Below, one piece after another: positions 9,966 to 19,882 of a stretch of 64,000 bases of DNA. Position 1 is the first letter of the stretch, and each line of letters begins with the position of its first letter. The position numbers and the translations under genes are program-made. Under the pieces are notes generated by a model, which made no database searches, was not told the DNA's origin, and was given only the letters and a program-made list of their open reading frames with translations. Source of the DNA: a virus; the IMG/VR virus record IMGVR_UViG_3300037189_014399, positions 40,859-104,858 of that record, one strand, 5' to 3'.

Positions 9966-10582
9966 TAGATTATTTTACTACCCTTCGTTGCAACCCAGCT
10001 CGTAGTTCTAGGGGCTACCTGGTAATTGGGGATAGTTGAATCATGGCTGTAGGGATTGGTTGATCCAGGAACAAAGCTAACTGGTTTAACTACCTTAGGA
10101 GATGCAGTTAACTTAGGAACAGGAATGCTATTTTGATTTGGGGCAACTGCATATGAGGTTAGAGCAGAGCTTGAAGAGCTAAGATCCTTGCCTGCTAACT
10201 CATTGTTAACGTTTCTAGTTTCGGATGCAGATGCTGCATTGGGATTTACATCACCAAGCAGATCACAACCCAGCTCTAGCTCCATCATGTATGGGGCTTC
10301 TGTTCCACCGAATATGTGACGGATAGATAAGACCGTCCAGTACCCAGATAAGTTATTAGGTACCCCATCAATGTAGACAGGATCATATGGACGAAGGTTT
10401 GAATTACCCACAACGTAAGCTCTAGCTCGGTATGCGTATCGATCTGTGTCCGCAATATCGCTAGCAATATACTTAGCTTCAGTTAAAGAGGTAGCTACTT
10501 CATAGACATTATGCTTTTTAAACTTAGCTTTAGGTTTATTAGACTTGCCTACATTTGAGAACCGAGGTGTATTAGATGCCAT
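9965..10582 (-). CDS. baseplate hub (gpD/VgrG-like), C-terminal part
   Basis: ARAYVVGNSNLRPYDPV...LSGYWTVLSIRH matches the hub C-terminal barrel; likely ATG at 10582. Confidence 0.7.
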   Translation of the reverse strand: MASNTPRFSNVGKSNKPKAKFKKHNVYEVATSLTEAKYIASDIADTDRYAYRARAYVVGNSNLRPYDPVYIDGVPNNLSGYWTVLSIRHIFGGTEAPYMMELELGCDLLGDVNPNAASASETRNVNNELAGKDLSSSSSALTSYAVAPNQNSIPVPKLTASPKVVKPVSFVPGSTNPYSHDSTIPNYQVAPRTTSWVATKGSKII

Positions 10583-11423
10583 ATAAGAAGTAATCCTCAC
10601 TAGGTATTACAGATCCGTTAACAGAGATAGTGTGGTCTTTGGTCTGATGTGTGGTAGCAATTACATCTCCTGTATTTACAGAGAAGCCGCTTACAACACG
10701 ATCAACAATAACTGCTCTATCTGGACTTTCATCTGAAAGCTCAGGCTTAAACATAAAGCAGGTTCCATACATACGTTGAGCTTTTGTTACCCCATCGTTA
10801 TATTTAAAATAGGGTGCAGATGCTTTCTTGTCACCGTAGATCTTATTCTTTGATAAGAAATAAATAGTTGTGTTTTCTGCCCTTAAAGCAAAACCACACT
10901 GCTTTGCAAGACGTTGAAGCATTTGCCAATCACTCTGTCCTGCTTGAACTACCTGCTCACGAATTCGTGGATGACGTTCAGTAATAGTATTTAGTCCATG
11001 CTTCTTGCAAATCTTAGCAACAACAGAATCAGCTGTAGCATTCTTATAGATTTGCTGATCTGTATTCTTAAGAACGTATGAGGCAGCTACGCAAGTAATG
11101 GTTGTATTGTTAGTTGATGTTCCCGTTTCAGGATCAAGGTCGTATACGTAGCCATTAAAGGATGATTCGTTTGGTCCGGTGCTCCAAGTAAACACAACAG
11201 GATCCCCAGATACAATTCGTGTTGAATCTAAAAAGGGTTTACCCTTAAACTGCAGGACCAATACGTCGTGAGAGTTTACAGTCTGAAATAGTTCAGCACC
11301 AATAAGTATTAGTTCAATAGCAGGTGTGTTTGGAAACTTTACTCCAAACTGAGAGGAGCGGGCAGCACCTTCCCATACAAAGTCATGTTGAGCACCCCTA
11401 GAATTAAAGACTTCATTAGACAT
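10572..11423 (-). CDS. baseplate hub (gpD/VgrG-like), N-terminal part
   Basis: FNGYV, TADSVVAKICKKHGL, QAGQSDWQMLQRLAKQCGF are gpD motifs. Confidence 0.85.
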   Translation of the reverse strand: MSNEVFNSRGAQHDFVWEGAARSSQFGVKFPNTPAIELILIGAELFQTVNSHDVLVLQFKGKPFLDSTRIVSGDPVVFTWSTGPNESSFNGYVYDLDPETGTSTNNTTITCVAASYVLKNTDQQIYKNATADSVVAKICKKHGLNTITERHPRIREQVVQAGQSDWQMLQRLAKQCGFALRAENTTIYFLSKNKIYGDKKASAPYFKYNDGVTKAQRMYGTCFMFKPELSDESPDRAVIVDRVVSGFSVNTGDVIATTHQTKDHTISVNGSVIPSEDYFLYGI

Positions 11424-11706
11424 GAGGGATCCTTATGATGGTTCCAGGTTCAATAGAAAATGGATCTGTGATCTCTGGATTTAAATCCATGATCTTCCAC
11501 CAGTACTCAGAGGTATATAAGATTCCAGAGTTGTAAGCAAGGTTAGCTAAGCTATCTCCTTCTTCCCAGGAATGGTCTACGTACCTTGCGGTTTGAGACT
11601 CAGGAAACTTTCTAAACACAGCAATGTTATAGATGCCTGCTTCTGTCTTTGCAGGAAGCTGAGCAATTGGTCCATCGTAATATCTAGACAATCTACTTAT
11701 ACTCAT
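11416..11706 (-). CDS. LysM-like tail protein X
   Basis: EGDSLANLAY...WWKIMDLNPEITDP..IEPGTIIRIP. Confidence 0.85.
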   Translation of the reverse strand: MSISRLSRYYDGPIAQLPAKTEAGIYNIAVFRKFPESQTARYVDHSWEEGDSLANLAYNSGILYTSEYWWKIMDLNPEITDPFSIEPGTIIRIPHV

Positions 11707-13541
11707 TTAGTACCCAATCCACCAGTAACGGTCTTTCTAACGGTTGCAGTAGAGTTTTGGAATACTGCCTCAATAGCAGGATCGATATCTCCAAACGCTG
11801 GGATTCTAGTCATAGAGACATCAACAGTAGATAGCATAGGAACCATGTCTTCTGTAAACAGAACATGGTTTACTTGAATAGAGTTTAAAGATACTTTGTA
11901 CCTTAGGTTATCGTGGAACTTTATCCAGAATGGAATACCAGTTACGTAACCAAAATCAGAGCTCTTTGCCCCAACAGATCCTTGAAGCAATCCTTGAGAG
12001 GCGTCTTCAGGGTTACCATTTACAATTCTGTAAAAGAATTCAAGGTCGTATTCAGTTCCTCGGCTTAATATGCCTGCAATCTCTTTAGGTCCTAATGCTC
12101 TTGGATAGTTAATGCTGTATGCGGACTGACCAACAGCCTTACGCAACTCAGTCATGTCTGCAATTCTATTTAGATACAAAGTGCAGGAGACAGCTGTGTT
12201 ACCACCAAGTACGTTAGCTGGATCTGCGTTTCCTAATGTCCAGTCAATTGAAGTATTACTTTGTGTAGTGTAGGCAAGAGTTGTAGGGTTATAGTTAAAG
12301 TGAAACCTTAATTTACCTGTAGAGTTTTGAGTCTCTGCAGATTGCTTATCTTGATAGCAATAACCTAGGTTGTTTGTAAACCCAGGGGTTTCAAAATCAA
12401 GACCACGACCACCATTCTCTACTCCTATACCGGACATCTGACGTTTCATGTATGGAATATCACGAGTGTAGAAATGGTTAGGGGGATTCTCTTGAGGTTC
12501 AGTGGTGTCATAGGGAGCAGCTTTGCCTGGGTCGTTACCGCCGCCACCATTACCACCGCCGTTACCATTATTTGTTGTAGCAAGGCAATTTGTTTTAGAT
12601 TGAATAACTTTCTTTGCTGCTACGTATCGACCATCTTTTTGATCAGGAAGAATATTAGGACGACCTTCAGAGTCAGTTCCGCCAACTGCTATAGCATTAA
12701 TATCATAGGTAGGTGTAAGTGAAGTCTTTTTATTTCCGTGCTCATCGTAAACATTGATTGTTCCTTTGTAACGATTTTTAAGAGCAGAAGAACCCACATT
12801 AGAAATGGTTTGTTGAATACCTACTTCAAGTACATACCAAAGGCCATCACAAGGACAAAGCCCACCATATCCACCAACTGTAACGGCATTGCTAACCTCG
12901 CTAGGTATTTGAGTTGCATTTCCCTTACCGGCTGTAAATGTAACAGCTAAAGGTTTCTTTCTATACTTAGATGCCGGCACTTCATAATCACTGGCAGAAG
13001 TATTAAGTGTTGAATTTTTTGTTAAAGTAACTCGTACAGGGGGTACACCAATTGATCCTGTTTTTCCTGCAATTGGATACGCATAAAGATAAAACGCATC
13101 TCCAGAGAAATATGCATGACGATAGCCTGCAGATACAAACTTTGGTGGCTCTTGGTTTAAAGAAAAATTACTTGATCCACCATGTACGTTTTGAATGCCT
13201 GTAATTCTTGCAACCTTATTGTTGCTGTCAGCCCAAGTACGAAGAGTGTAGCCGGTGTCAAAACCTATTTTTACACCATCGCTGTTTACTAAAGAAGCGG
13301 ATCCATTAGATCCTTCTTTCCAAACACGGATTACGTAACAAATTAATTGTTCATTTGAAACTGTTCCATTAGTTAATGGAATAAACCCGCCCCTAGTTCC
13401 AAAATAATTCCATACAAGATTCTTTGTAGTGCTGCAGATATCATCTGAGCTTGCAACAATTGATCGTTCTTCTGGTTGAGATGTAACAATGAGTGCCGAT
13501 ACAAAAGCCTCTACTGTATAGTAGACATCTGTTGTTGCCAT
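11703..13541 (-). CDS. tail tube initiator-like protein with long N-terminal extension
   Basis: C-terminal FHFNYNPTTL...LNSIQVNHVLFTEDMVPMLSTVDVSM; lies between tape measure and LysM genes. Confidence 0.65.
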   Translation of the reverse strand: MATTDVYYTVEAFVSALIVTSQPEERSIVASSDDICSTTKNLVWNYFGTRGGFIPLTNGTVSNEQLICYVIRVWKEGSNGSASLVNSDGVKIGFDTGYTLRTWADSNNKVARITGIQNVHGGSSNFSLNQEPPKFVSAGYRHAYFSGDAFYLYAYPIAGKTGSIGVPPVRVTLTKNSTLNTSASDYEVPASKYRKKPLAVTFTAGKGNATQIPSEVSNAVTVGGYGGLCPCDGLWYVLEVGIQQTISNVGSSALKNRYKGTINVYDEHGNKKTSLTPTYDINAIAVGGTDSEGRPNILPDQKDGRYVAAKKVIQSKTNCLATTNNGNGGGNGGGGNDPGKAAPYDTTEPQENPPNHFYTRDIPYMKRQMSGIGVENGGRGLDFETPGFTNNLGYCYQDKQSAETQNSTGKLRFHFNYNPTTLAYTTQSNTSIDWTLGNADPANVLGGNTAVSCTLYLNRIADMTELRKAVGQSAYSINYPRALGPKEIAGILSRGTEYDLEFFYRIVNGNPEDASQGLLQGSVGAKSSDFGYVTGIPFWIKFHDNLRYKVSLNSIQVNHVLFTEDMVPMLSTVDVSMTRIPAFGDIDPAIEAVFQNSTATVRKTVTGGLGTK

Positions 13542-16500
13542 TATAGACCCCCTCCAATTCCATGTACTTTGAGTTTTTTATTTAATTCTTTATTAAAGGT
13601 ATCAATCAATACTTGAGCATCTTTAGCCCCACCGTTTTGAAGTGTGACTCTCATATCTACTTTGATCTCTACTTTCTGAGAGGCTGAGAAGTTTGCGCTA
13701 ACGTTTCTATTAGCATGAGATCTTGCAGCAGCAACTTCAGCCATAGCCATACCTGCGGCGGAGTCATCTCCACCCTTGCCGTAATACCCATCATTCTTTG
13801 CAACTTGTTGAGCATCGTCAAGGTACTTAATAAACTGCCCACCAGTATATGTAGACCAGGCTTTCCAACTCTTACCGTGGCTACTCTTTTCCCATGCAGC
13901 ACGGATGTTGTACTTAGGATCACGAAGTCTTGATCCATCACGATACTGATCGTGACTTCCCTTGCCATCGTAGTTCTGCCAGTGCTTCAAAGAACGAATC
14001 TGGAATAGACCGTAGCTAGGTCCCCACTTAGCATCTTGTAACTTAACATCTCCTGTAGCCCCTGGATCAAGATGTGATTCGGCCATTGAAACAGCAAATG
14101 CTGTCTCTAAAGACTTTCCACGGAAGCCCTGTGTGTACAACATACGCATGTATGCTTCACGACTTCCACCAGGAATCTTATGAGAGATATCTCCAAGCAC
14201 TACGTTTAGTGAAGGATCAATAAGAGGATCACCTGATGCATCTTTTGCATACGCAGCTTTAGATCCAAGTTCTTTTGTAATGTCTTTAATGTTTAAAGAT
14301 AGACCACGTTCCATAGCGGTACCAAGACGAGCAGATAACTCCATAGAGTTTAAAAGTGACGCATCACTTATTGTATTGATTGCAAAAGATTTATTCTTTG
14401 TACCATTAGGATTAAACAATGGATAGCCACCCTCTGTAGGAAGTGGTGGACTGAACTTAGCATCCTTACCAATGTACTTTCTTGGATCAACACGACCTTG
14501 TGCACCAGGACCTCCGTTGTCACGAAGTTCAAAGTGAAGGTGAGGACCAGTAGAGTTACCTGCACCGGTGTCTCCTGGCTTACCACCAGAACGACCAATC
14601 TCTTCTCCTTGATGAACGGTCTGTCCTGTACGAACCTTGATATAAGAAAGGTGACCGTACAGTGTTGACTTCTGACCGTGAGTAATGATTACGTAGTTGC
14701 CGTAATCTTTATGCTTTCCTGTGTGGGTTACCTTACCGTCAGCTGCAGAGTAAACAGGAGTTCCCTTTTTTACACCGTAGTCAATACCACTGTGCTTTAC
14801 AATCTTTCTTTTTGTTGTGTGAGGATCCTGACGCATACCAAAGCCGGATGTAACAATGGCTTTCCTTGTAGGGGCCTGGAATTTAGAGGCTACCTTCTGG
14901 CTAGCCAGTGACTGGGTACCGCCGCTTTCCCCTCCATGACCAAATACGCCGTGACCATGGTCGCCCATTCCAAGGCCTGGAACGTCGTTACCGCCGCCTC
15001 CACCCATAAGACCTGAGATAAGACCCCAGATGGTGCCTCCGACGGCTCCTATGGCCGTTCCAGGGCCCGGTAAGAAGGATCCTATGGACGCTCCTATGGC
15101 AGCATCTTTACCCACATTTAGGGCTAGATCTCCAAACTTCTTAAGACCAGGGTTATTCTTAGCTAGCTTGGTATTGTCCAGGGGGTTCTTAACTGCCTGA
15201 GCAAGCATGGCTAGAAGGGCTAGAGGCCCGCCTCGTCTAATTCCCTTACCTAAAGCGCCCCGTATTCCTCCGCCACCCTTAGCTAAGCTGGCAGCAACAG
15301 ATCCCTCTGTAGCCAAAGCTGCAGGATTGTTCATCATTGTCATGGCTTGCATCATTGCCTTGTTTTGCATGTAACCATAACCCATACCAATTGCACCAGA
15401 GGTTACAGCTGAGATAGTTCCTCCAACACCACCTAATCCAGGCACGGTTTGAAGTACGCCCTTTAATCTTCCAAGAAGATTAGTTACCTCAGGAAGTGCC
15501 GCAGCAAAATCAGCAAGCGCATTGTTAGCAGCGGCTACGCTATTTAAAGATGTGTTGTACCCAGAAACTAATCCCTGGTTAGTATTCTGAAGAAGCTTAG
15601 CTTCACTTGTATTGTAATTAAACTGAGCTCGCAACGGAGAGTTCTTTGCCACACCCATTAGATCTAAAGCTTTAGTAGATCCCTTAAAGGCGTCCTTACC
15701 TAAAGCTCCGTTGTTTCTTACTCTAGCTACAAGACCCATTTGAATTTGTGCCATAAGATCCTGGTTACCACCAGTGATCTGAAGAAGTGAGTTGTAGCCC
15801 TTACCACCAGGATTCATGACAGATGTCATGACCTGATCTACTGTTACTTTCTTTCCACCAAATAAAAAGTTATAAACGTCATTGACGATTGTAGGGATTG
15901 GTTTAAGCTGACCATTCTTATCACGAATTTGTACTCCCATTTTTAGGAAGGACATTCCGTTCATCTGTGATAGGGCACCAGCTACCTGCTCGTTAGTTCC
16001 TCCAGTGAGTGCACTGAGTCCACCAACAGAGGACATAATATTCTTTGAGCTTAATGTGTTTGCAAGGAAGCCACCACTATATGCAACTGAAGCCATAGCT
16101 TGAGTTGGACCAACGGCACTAGTTGCACCATTTCCTACAGCACGGTTTGCACGAACAATAGAGCTCTGAGCTGACATTCCGCTAAGGCCTGCCATAGTAT
16201 CTGCGGCCATACGAAGGTTAACAGCTGATTGCGTGTTGGGCATTAAGCCCATACCAAGCGCAACAGTTCCAGCAGCTACAGTAATGCCACCGGCAATCTT
16301 TTCTGCCTTTGTGTAAGGCATTTCTGGCATGTCACCCATGCCAAGTTTCTTTGCAGGAGAGTTAGTCCCACCACCACCAGTGGGACTATCGCCTGTACTT
16401 AATTTTACATTTGCTGCACTCTTAATACTCTTTTCAGTATTTGCTGCAGACTTTTCAATCTTCTGAAATACGCCGTAGAGTTTTCCAGCAGCGGTAATTG

Positions 16501-16603
16501 CTAAGTTAAAGAACTTTTGGACACCGGCATTTGAGCCCATGCCAATGGAGCCCTTCTCATTATTTCCATCTGAGGGGCTAAATAAGTTCTGGTTACTTGC
16601 CAT
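13541..16603 (-). CDS. tape measure protein with M23 peptidase and lytic transglycosylase domains
   Basis: Ala/Gly-rich helical N-terminal half; HSGID...YGHL...STGPHLHFE (M23); AVSMAES...SYGLFQI (lysozyme-like). ATG at 16603. Confidence 0.9.
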   Translation of the reverse strand: MASNQNLFSPSDGNNEKGSIGMGSNAGVQKFFNLAITAAGKLYGVFQKIEKSAANTEKSIKSAANVKLSTGDSPTGGGGTNSPAKKLGMGDMPEMPYTKAEKIAGGITVAAGTVALGMGLMPNTQSAVNLRMAADTMAGLSGMSAQSSIVRANRAVGNGATSAVGPTQAMASVAYSGGFLANTLSSKNIMSSVGGLSALTGGTNEQVAGALSQMNGMSFLKMGVQIRDKNGQLKPIPTIVNDVYNFLFGGKKVTVDQVMTSVMNPGGKGYNSLLQITGGNQDLMAQIQMGLVARVRNNGALGKDAFKGSTKALDLMGVAKNSPLRAQFNYNTSEAKLLQNTNQGLVSGYNTSLNSVAAANNALADFAAALPEVTNLLGRLKGVLQTVPGLGGVGGTISAVTSGAIGMGYGYMQNKAMMQAMTMMNNPAALATEGSVAASLAKGGGGIRGALGKGIRRGGPLALLAMLAQAVKNPLDNTKLAKNNPGLKKFGDLALNVGKDAAIGASIGSFLPGPGTAIGAVGGTIWGLISGLMGGGGGNDVPGLGMGDHGHGVFGHGGESGGTQSLASQKVASKFQAPTRKAIVTSGFGMRQDPHTTKRKIVKHSGIDYGVKKGTPVYSAADGKVTHTGKHKDYGNYVIITHGQKSTLYGHLSYIKVRTGQTVHQGEEIGRSGGKPGDTGAGNSTGPHLHFELRDNGGPGAQGRVDPRKYIGKDAKFSPPLPTEGGYPLFNPNGTKNKSFAINTISDASLLNSMELSARLGTAMERGLSLNIKDITKELGSKAAYAKDASGDPLIDPSLNVVLGDISHKIPGGSREAYMRMLYTQGFRGKSLETAFAVSMAESHLDPGATGDVKLQDAKWGPSYGLFQIRSLKHWQNYDGKGSHDQYRDGSRLRDPKYNIRAAWEKSSHGKSWKAWSTYTGGQFIKYLDDAQQVAKNDGYYGKGGDDSAAGMAMAEVAAARSHANRNVSANFSASQKVEIKVDMRVTLQNGGAKDAQVLIDTFNKELNKKLKVHGIGGGL

Positions 16604-16758
16604 CAACCAACCCTAGGTTTCTCTAAGGCTTTGGATATCCAAAGCACTCTTTCTCTTACCGAAAGATTACGGATCTCAGTCAATGTCCACCCAGGATAGT
16701 TCTGTGAAAGAACATCATAGGTTTGAATGATTAGATCGTAATCTATTTCACTCCTGAA
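16603..16758 (-). CDS. frameshift-accessed C-terminal extension of the tail assembly chaperone
   Basis: Open +1 frame FRSEIDYDLIIQTYDVLSQNYPGWTLTEIRNLSVRERVLWISKALEKPRVG with no canonical start before the conserved W; its TGA overlaps the tape-measure ATG. Confidence 0.75.
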   Translation of the reverse strand, partial: FRSEIDYDLIIQTYDVLSQNYPGWTLTEIRNLSVRERVLWISKALEKPRVG

Positions 16759-17563
16759 ACAAAGAAGCCAGTGTTAGTGGCAACGGGACCTCCGACCCGC
16801 AGAACTGACAAGGCTTAGTAATTTCATCAAGTTGTGGACCTGGGTTGCGATCTGAAATGGCTTTAAGGATATCTCTACGATCTTTGATTCCAAGGTTGCG
16901 AACCTCGTCACCGTCAATCAAGGGAATACCGTTAATCGATTTAACGCAGCTCTTTAATACAATGGTGTCCAATTCGGCTGCGGTTTTATTATTAGAGTTT
17001 ACTAGACTCTTTTGTGTGTGTCCTGTAGGAAGTGATACTTCTACAGTCCCAACCTTACAAGTAATATTAAAGGTCTTATCAGATTCAAGCTTTTTAAGCT
17101 TTACATCTGTGTTAAGTCCAACAGTTAAGGTCTGGGTTTGATCTGGGCACTTTGAGCATAGAGGACCTTCAAAGATAACCTCATCACCAAAGGTGACACG
17201 GCGGATTGCAAGCAGGAGCATTTCACGATCTCCGGCTAGCAACATATCCAAAACGTCTTTTTCTGCTGGCTTGTCTCCAAGGCGTACAACCGCACGCTCT
17301 AGAATAAGCATCAAAGCCCTACCAATATCGGCCGCCTTTGCAATGGCTTCCTCATCAGCCCCAGTTAATTCTCGTACTTCTGCTGTAGAGATGAATCCTT
17401 CAAATGGATCCATCAATCCAGCTACTAGTTCAACGGTGGTGTCAGGAGGAGTAGGAGCCTTACGTCTTACTGGCTCCTGACTCCCTACCTGATCACTTAA
17501 TGCTTCTTCTGCGATTTGATTAACAAGTTGTGGATTATCTACTGCACTGATTTTTGTAGTCAT
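16748..17563 (-). CDS. tail assembly chaperone (T4 gp26-like)
   Basis: Between tube and tape measure; VRELTGADEE, DREMLLLAIRRVTFG, two CxxC pairs. Confidence 0.8.
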   Translation of the reverse strand: MTTKISAVDNPQLVNQIAEEALSDQVGSQEPVRRKAPTPPDTTVELVAGLMDPFEGFISTAEVRELTGADEEAIAKAADIGRALMLILERAVVRLGDKPAEKDVLDMLLAGDREMLLLAIRRVTFGDEVIFEGPLCSKCPDQTQTLTVGLNTDVKLKKLESDKTFNITCKVGTVEVSLPTGHTQKSLVNSNNKTAAELDTIVLKSCVKSINGIPLIDGDEVRNLGIKDRRDILKAISDRNPGPQLDEITKPCQFCGSEVPLPLTLASLFQE

Positions 17564-17584
17564 TTTATACCTTATCTTTCGTTA

Positions 17585-18247
17585 TTAAGCTAGTGGTGTG
17601 TAATTCATACCTGATGCTTGAGAAGGATCCGCAGCAGTTGTTGCGTAGTCTGTTGCATAGGCAACGTCAAAACCTTCGTGAACAATCTGCATTTCTTCAA
17701 CCATCAATGTGTTAGCTCCTGCATCAAGGTTGCTGTAGCTGAGGTTTGTGATCCATGCGTTATAAATATGGAAGTGAATTGACGCATGCTGCTCACCTGG
17801 AGTAGTGGCTGCCGCACCAGCTGAGGTCTTTGTAGCCTTTGGGTTTGGATGGCTAAGAACCTGGATATCAATGTCGCAACGGAAGTCTGCGCCAATACCT
17901 GACTGTGCATTACCAGTCAAGGTTGAGAATAGGCGCTTCATCCATAGGACGTTTGCATTCTGACCTAGTAGTACACCCTTTGAGAATGTAATAGGTGTGA
18001 ATGAAGACTGTCCAGGAATCTGGTGGAAGTTGGTGTTGTATCCGCCTTCACGGTAAGCGATTGCTTCTGTAGCAATACTTAAACCAGAAACGGAGACGAA
18101 ACCCATCTTTCCCCAAGTATCGGTGGTAGTTTTCCACCCCTGAGCAGAGTCAGTGTTCGTTGGGTTAAAAGAAACCACGAACTTGAAGTTACGTACTGGA
18201 TCGGTTAGCAGTGTGCTAAACGGTCTTAGAATTGGCGAATCGGCCAT
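17585..18247 (-). CDS. tail tube protein (T4 gp19-like)
   Basis: DPVRNFKF, GFVSVSGL, YREGG, PGQ, ITFSKG, NAW, EEMQIVHEG motifs. Confidence 0.93.
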   Translation of the reverse strand: MADSPILRPFSTLLTDPVRNFKFVVSFNPTNTDSAQGWKTTTDTWGKMGFVSVSGLSIATEAIAYREGGYNTNFHQIPGQSSFTPITFSKGVLLGQNANVLWMKRLFSTLTGNAQSGIGADFRCDIDIQVLSHPNPKATKTSAGAAATTPGEQHASIHFHIYNAWITNLSYSNLDAGANTLMVEEMQIVHEGFDVAYATDYATTAADPSQASGMNYTPLA

Positions 18248-18261
18248 GATAGTTTATCTCC

Positions 18262-19824
18262 TTACGCCGTAGCGTTTCCTGTGAGTTGTCCAAGCTTGAT
18301 AACAATGAATTCGGCTGGGTACTCGAGAGCAACGCCTACTTCAATGTTAACAATGCCATTTTGAATATCAGCTTCTGAGTTATTAGTTCCATCGCAAATA
18401 ACATAGAAAGCTTGCTGAGGTGAAGTTCCACGAAGACCGCCTTGCTGCCAGTATCCGCGTAGGAATGTATTGATGCCGGTACGAATACGTGACCACAAGA
18501 TTGAGTCGTTGTTCTCAAAGAGAGCAAACTGACTGCGGTTATCGAGTTCTGTCTTCAAGTACATCATTGAACGACGAACGTTGATGTAACGGTTTGAAGA
18601 TGTATTGTTAAGTGTACGAGCACCCATAAGTACAATGCCTGCGCCAGGAACCTGACGGATTGCATTGATAGGTTCTGTGCCGGTGTTTAGTGTGTCTAAG
18701 TCTGTATTTGAAAGCTGAGTCTGTGTTGACACTGCTAATGCGACACGGTTTCCAAAACCTGCTGGAGCCTTGAATACACCACGTGATGTATCTGTTGCCA
18801 AGAACTGACCAGCTGCAATAGCACCTGGGGCCTGTAGGCGTGTTGCTCCACGAGCAGCCTTTGTTGTATCTGGGATATTAACCCAAGGATAGTAGATTGC
18901 TGCTACTTCTCCATGGTTGTTTCCAGAGAAAGGTGAGGTTGATTTTAGATCTGAAGCGTACTGTTTAGCATCTGAGACGGTTAATCCAGCAGGAACATCG
19001 CAGATTGCAAATGCATTGTCACGGCTAGCGCAGTAATCAACCATGTCAGCTTGAAGCTGCATAGACAATGTGCGATCGGCTGAGCTTCCTGCAGTGTTGT
19101 AAACATAAGCAGCATTAGGAACGTTAAACACAAGTGGGTTCTTTACTGGATCAAACAATGTATATGCAGATGAGTAATTAGAACGTGTTGGTGTGCTTCC
19201 ATCTAGGCCGCCAGTAAGAGCGTGAGGAACACCATCTGCCGTTGGGCGGTTATCTGGGGCAACAGAGGCTGAATTTTGATCAGTCAATGTAATGTAAGAT
19301 GAAGATGCATTTACATATGAAATTGCATAACGTGGGTCTGTTTTTACCATGCTTAGATCAGCAAACTGTTCTACAAGAACGGTGTTTCCTGAAAGTGACT
19401 GGTATACATAAAGTGCAAAACGATTAGCAGCACCAGAGTCAATAACTTGAACTGCAAAGTTATTACCCCAAGCTCCTGCGTTATTTGCCTTTACTAAAAG
19501 TGTAGCCAGTGCTGATTGTGAACGGTCTGTCAATACAACAGATGCTTGTGCGGCGTTTGAACCGACTACACGCTTGATGTAGGCCTGGTTACCACCGTTA
19601 GCAAAAAAGTTATATACAGCCCAGGTCATTGGATAGGCGTCATTGACATCGCCAAAGGTATCGACGAAGTTTCTCCAAGAACGTACTAGAACAGGTAACG
19701 CTGTTGAACCCATCGCTGCTGGGCCGACAAATGCGCCTACTGCTGATCCGTTGTCAGACAACTGAATCGTCTGAGCAACTGGTACCTCTTGTACATAGAC
19801 ACCAGGTCTACTAAATGTAGCCAT
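18262..19824 (-). CDS. contractile tail sheath protein
   Basis: RPGVYVQE, FFANGG, YYPW, RGVFKAPAG, RYINVRR, PAEFIVI motifs. Confidence 0.96.
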   Translation of the reverse strand: MATFSRPGVYVQEVPVAQTIQLSDNGSAVGAFVGPAAMGSTALPVLVRSWRNFVDTFGDVNDAYPMTWAVYNFFANGGNQAYIKRVVGSNAAQASVVLTDRSQSALATLLVKANNAGAWGNNFAVQVIDSGAANRFALYVYQSLSGNTVLVEQFADLSMVKTDPRYAISYVNASSSYITLTDQNSASVAPDNRPTADGVPHALTGGLDGSTPTRSNYSSAYTLFDPVKNPLVFNVPNAAYVYNTAGSSADRTLSMQLQADMVDYCASRDNAFAICDVPAGLTVSDAKQYASDLKSTSPFSGNNHGEVAAIYYPWVNIPDTTKAARGATRLQAPGAIAAGQFLATDTSRGVFKAPAGFGNRVALAVSTQTQLSNTDLDTLNTGTEPINAIRQVPGAGIVLMGARTLNNTSSNRYINVRRSMMYLKTELDNRSQFALFENNDSILWSRIRTGINTFLRGYWQQGGLRGTSPQQAFYVICDGTNNSEADIQNGIVNIEVGVALEYPAEFIVIKLGQLTGNATA

Positions 19825-19882
19825 TGTGATTTACTCCTTAGTTAAGTTAGTTATTTTCTTAGGGGTCCGTATTGTTTTAAAT

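Noticed and set aside
16740-16765. Classical -1 frameshift in the tail chaperone
   Set aside because: The -1 frame reads TCA GGA GTG AAA TAG and stops; only the +1 frame is open.
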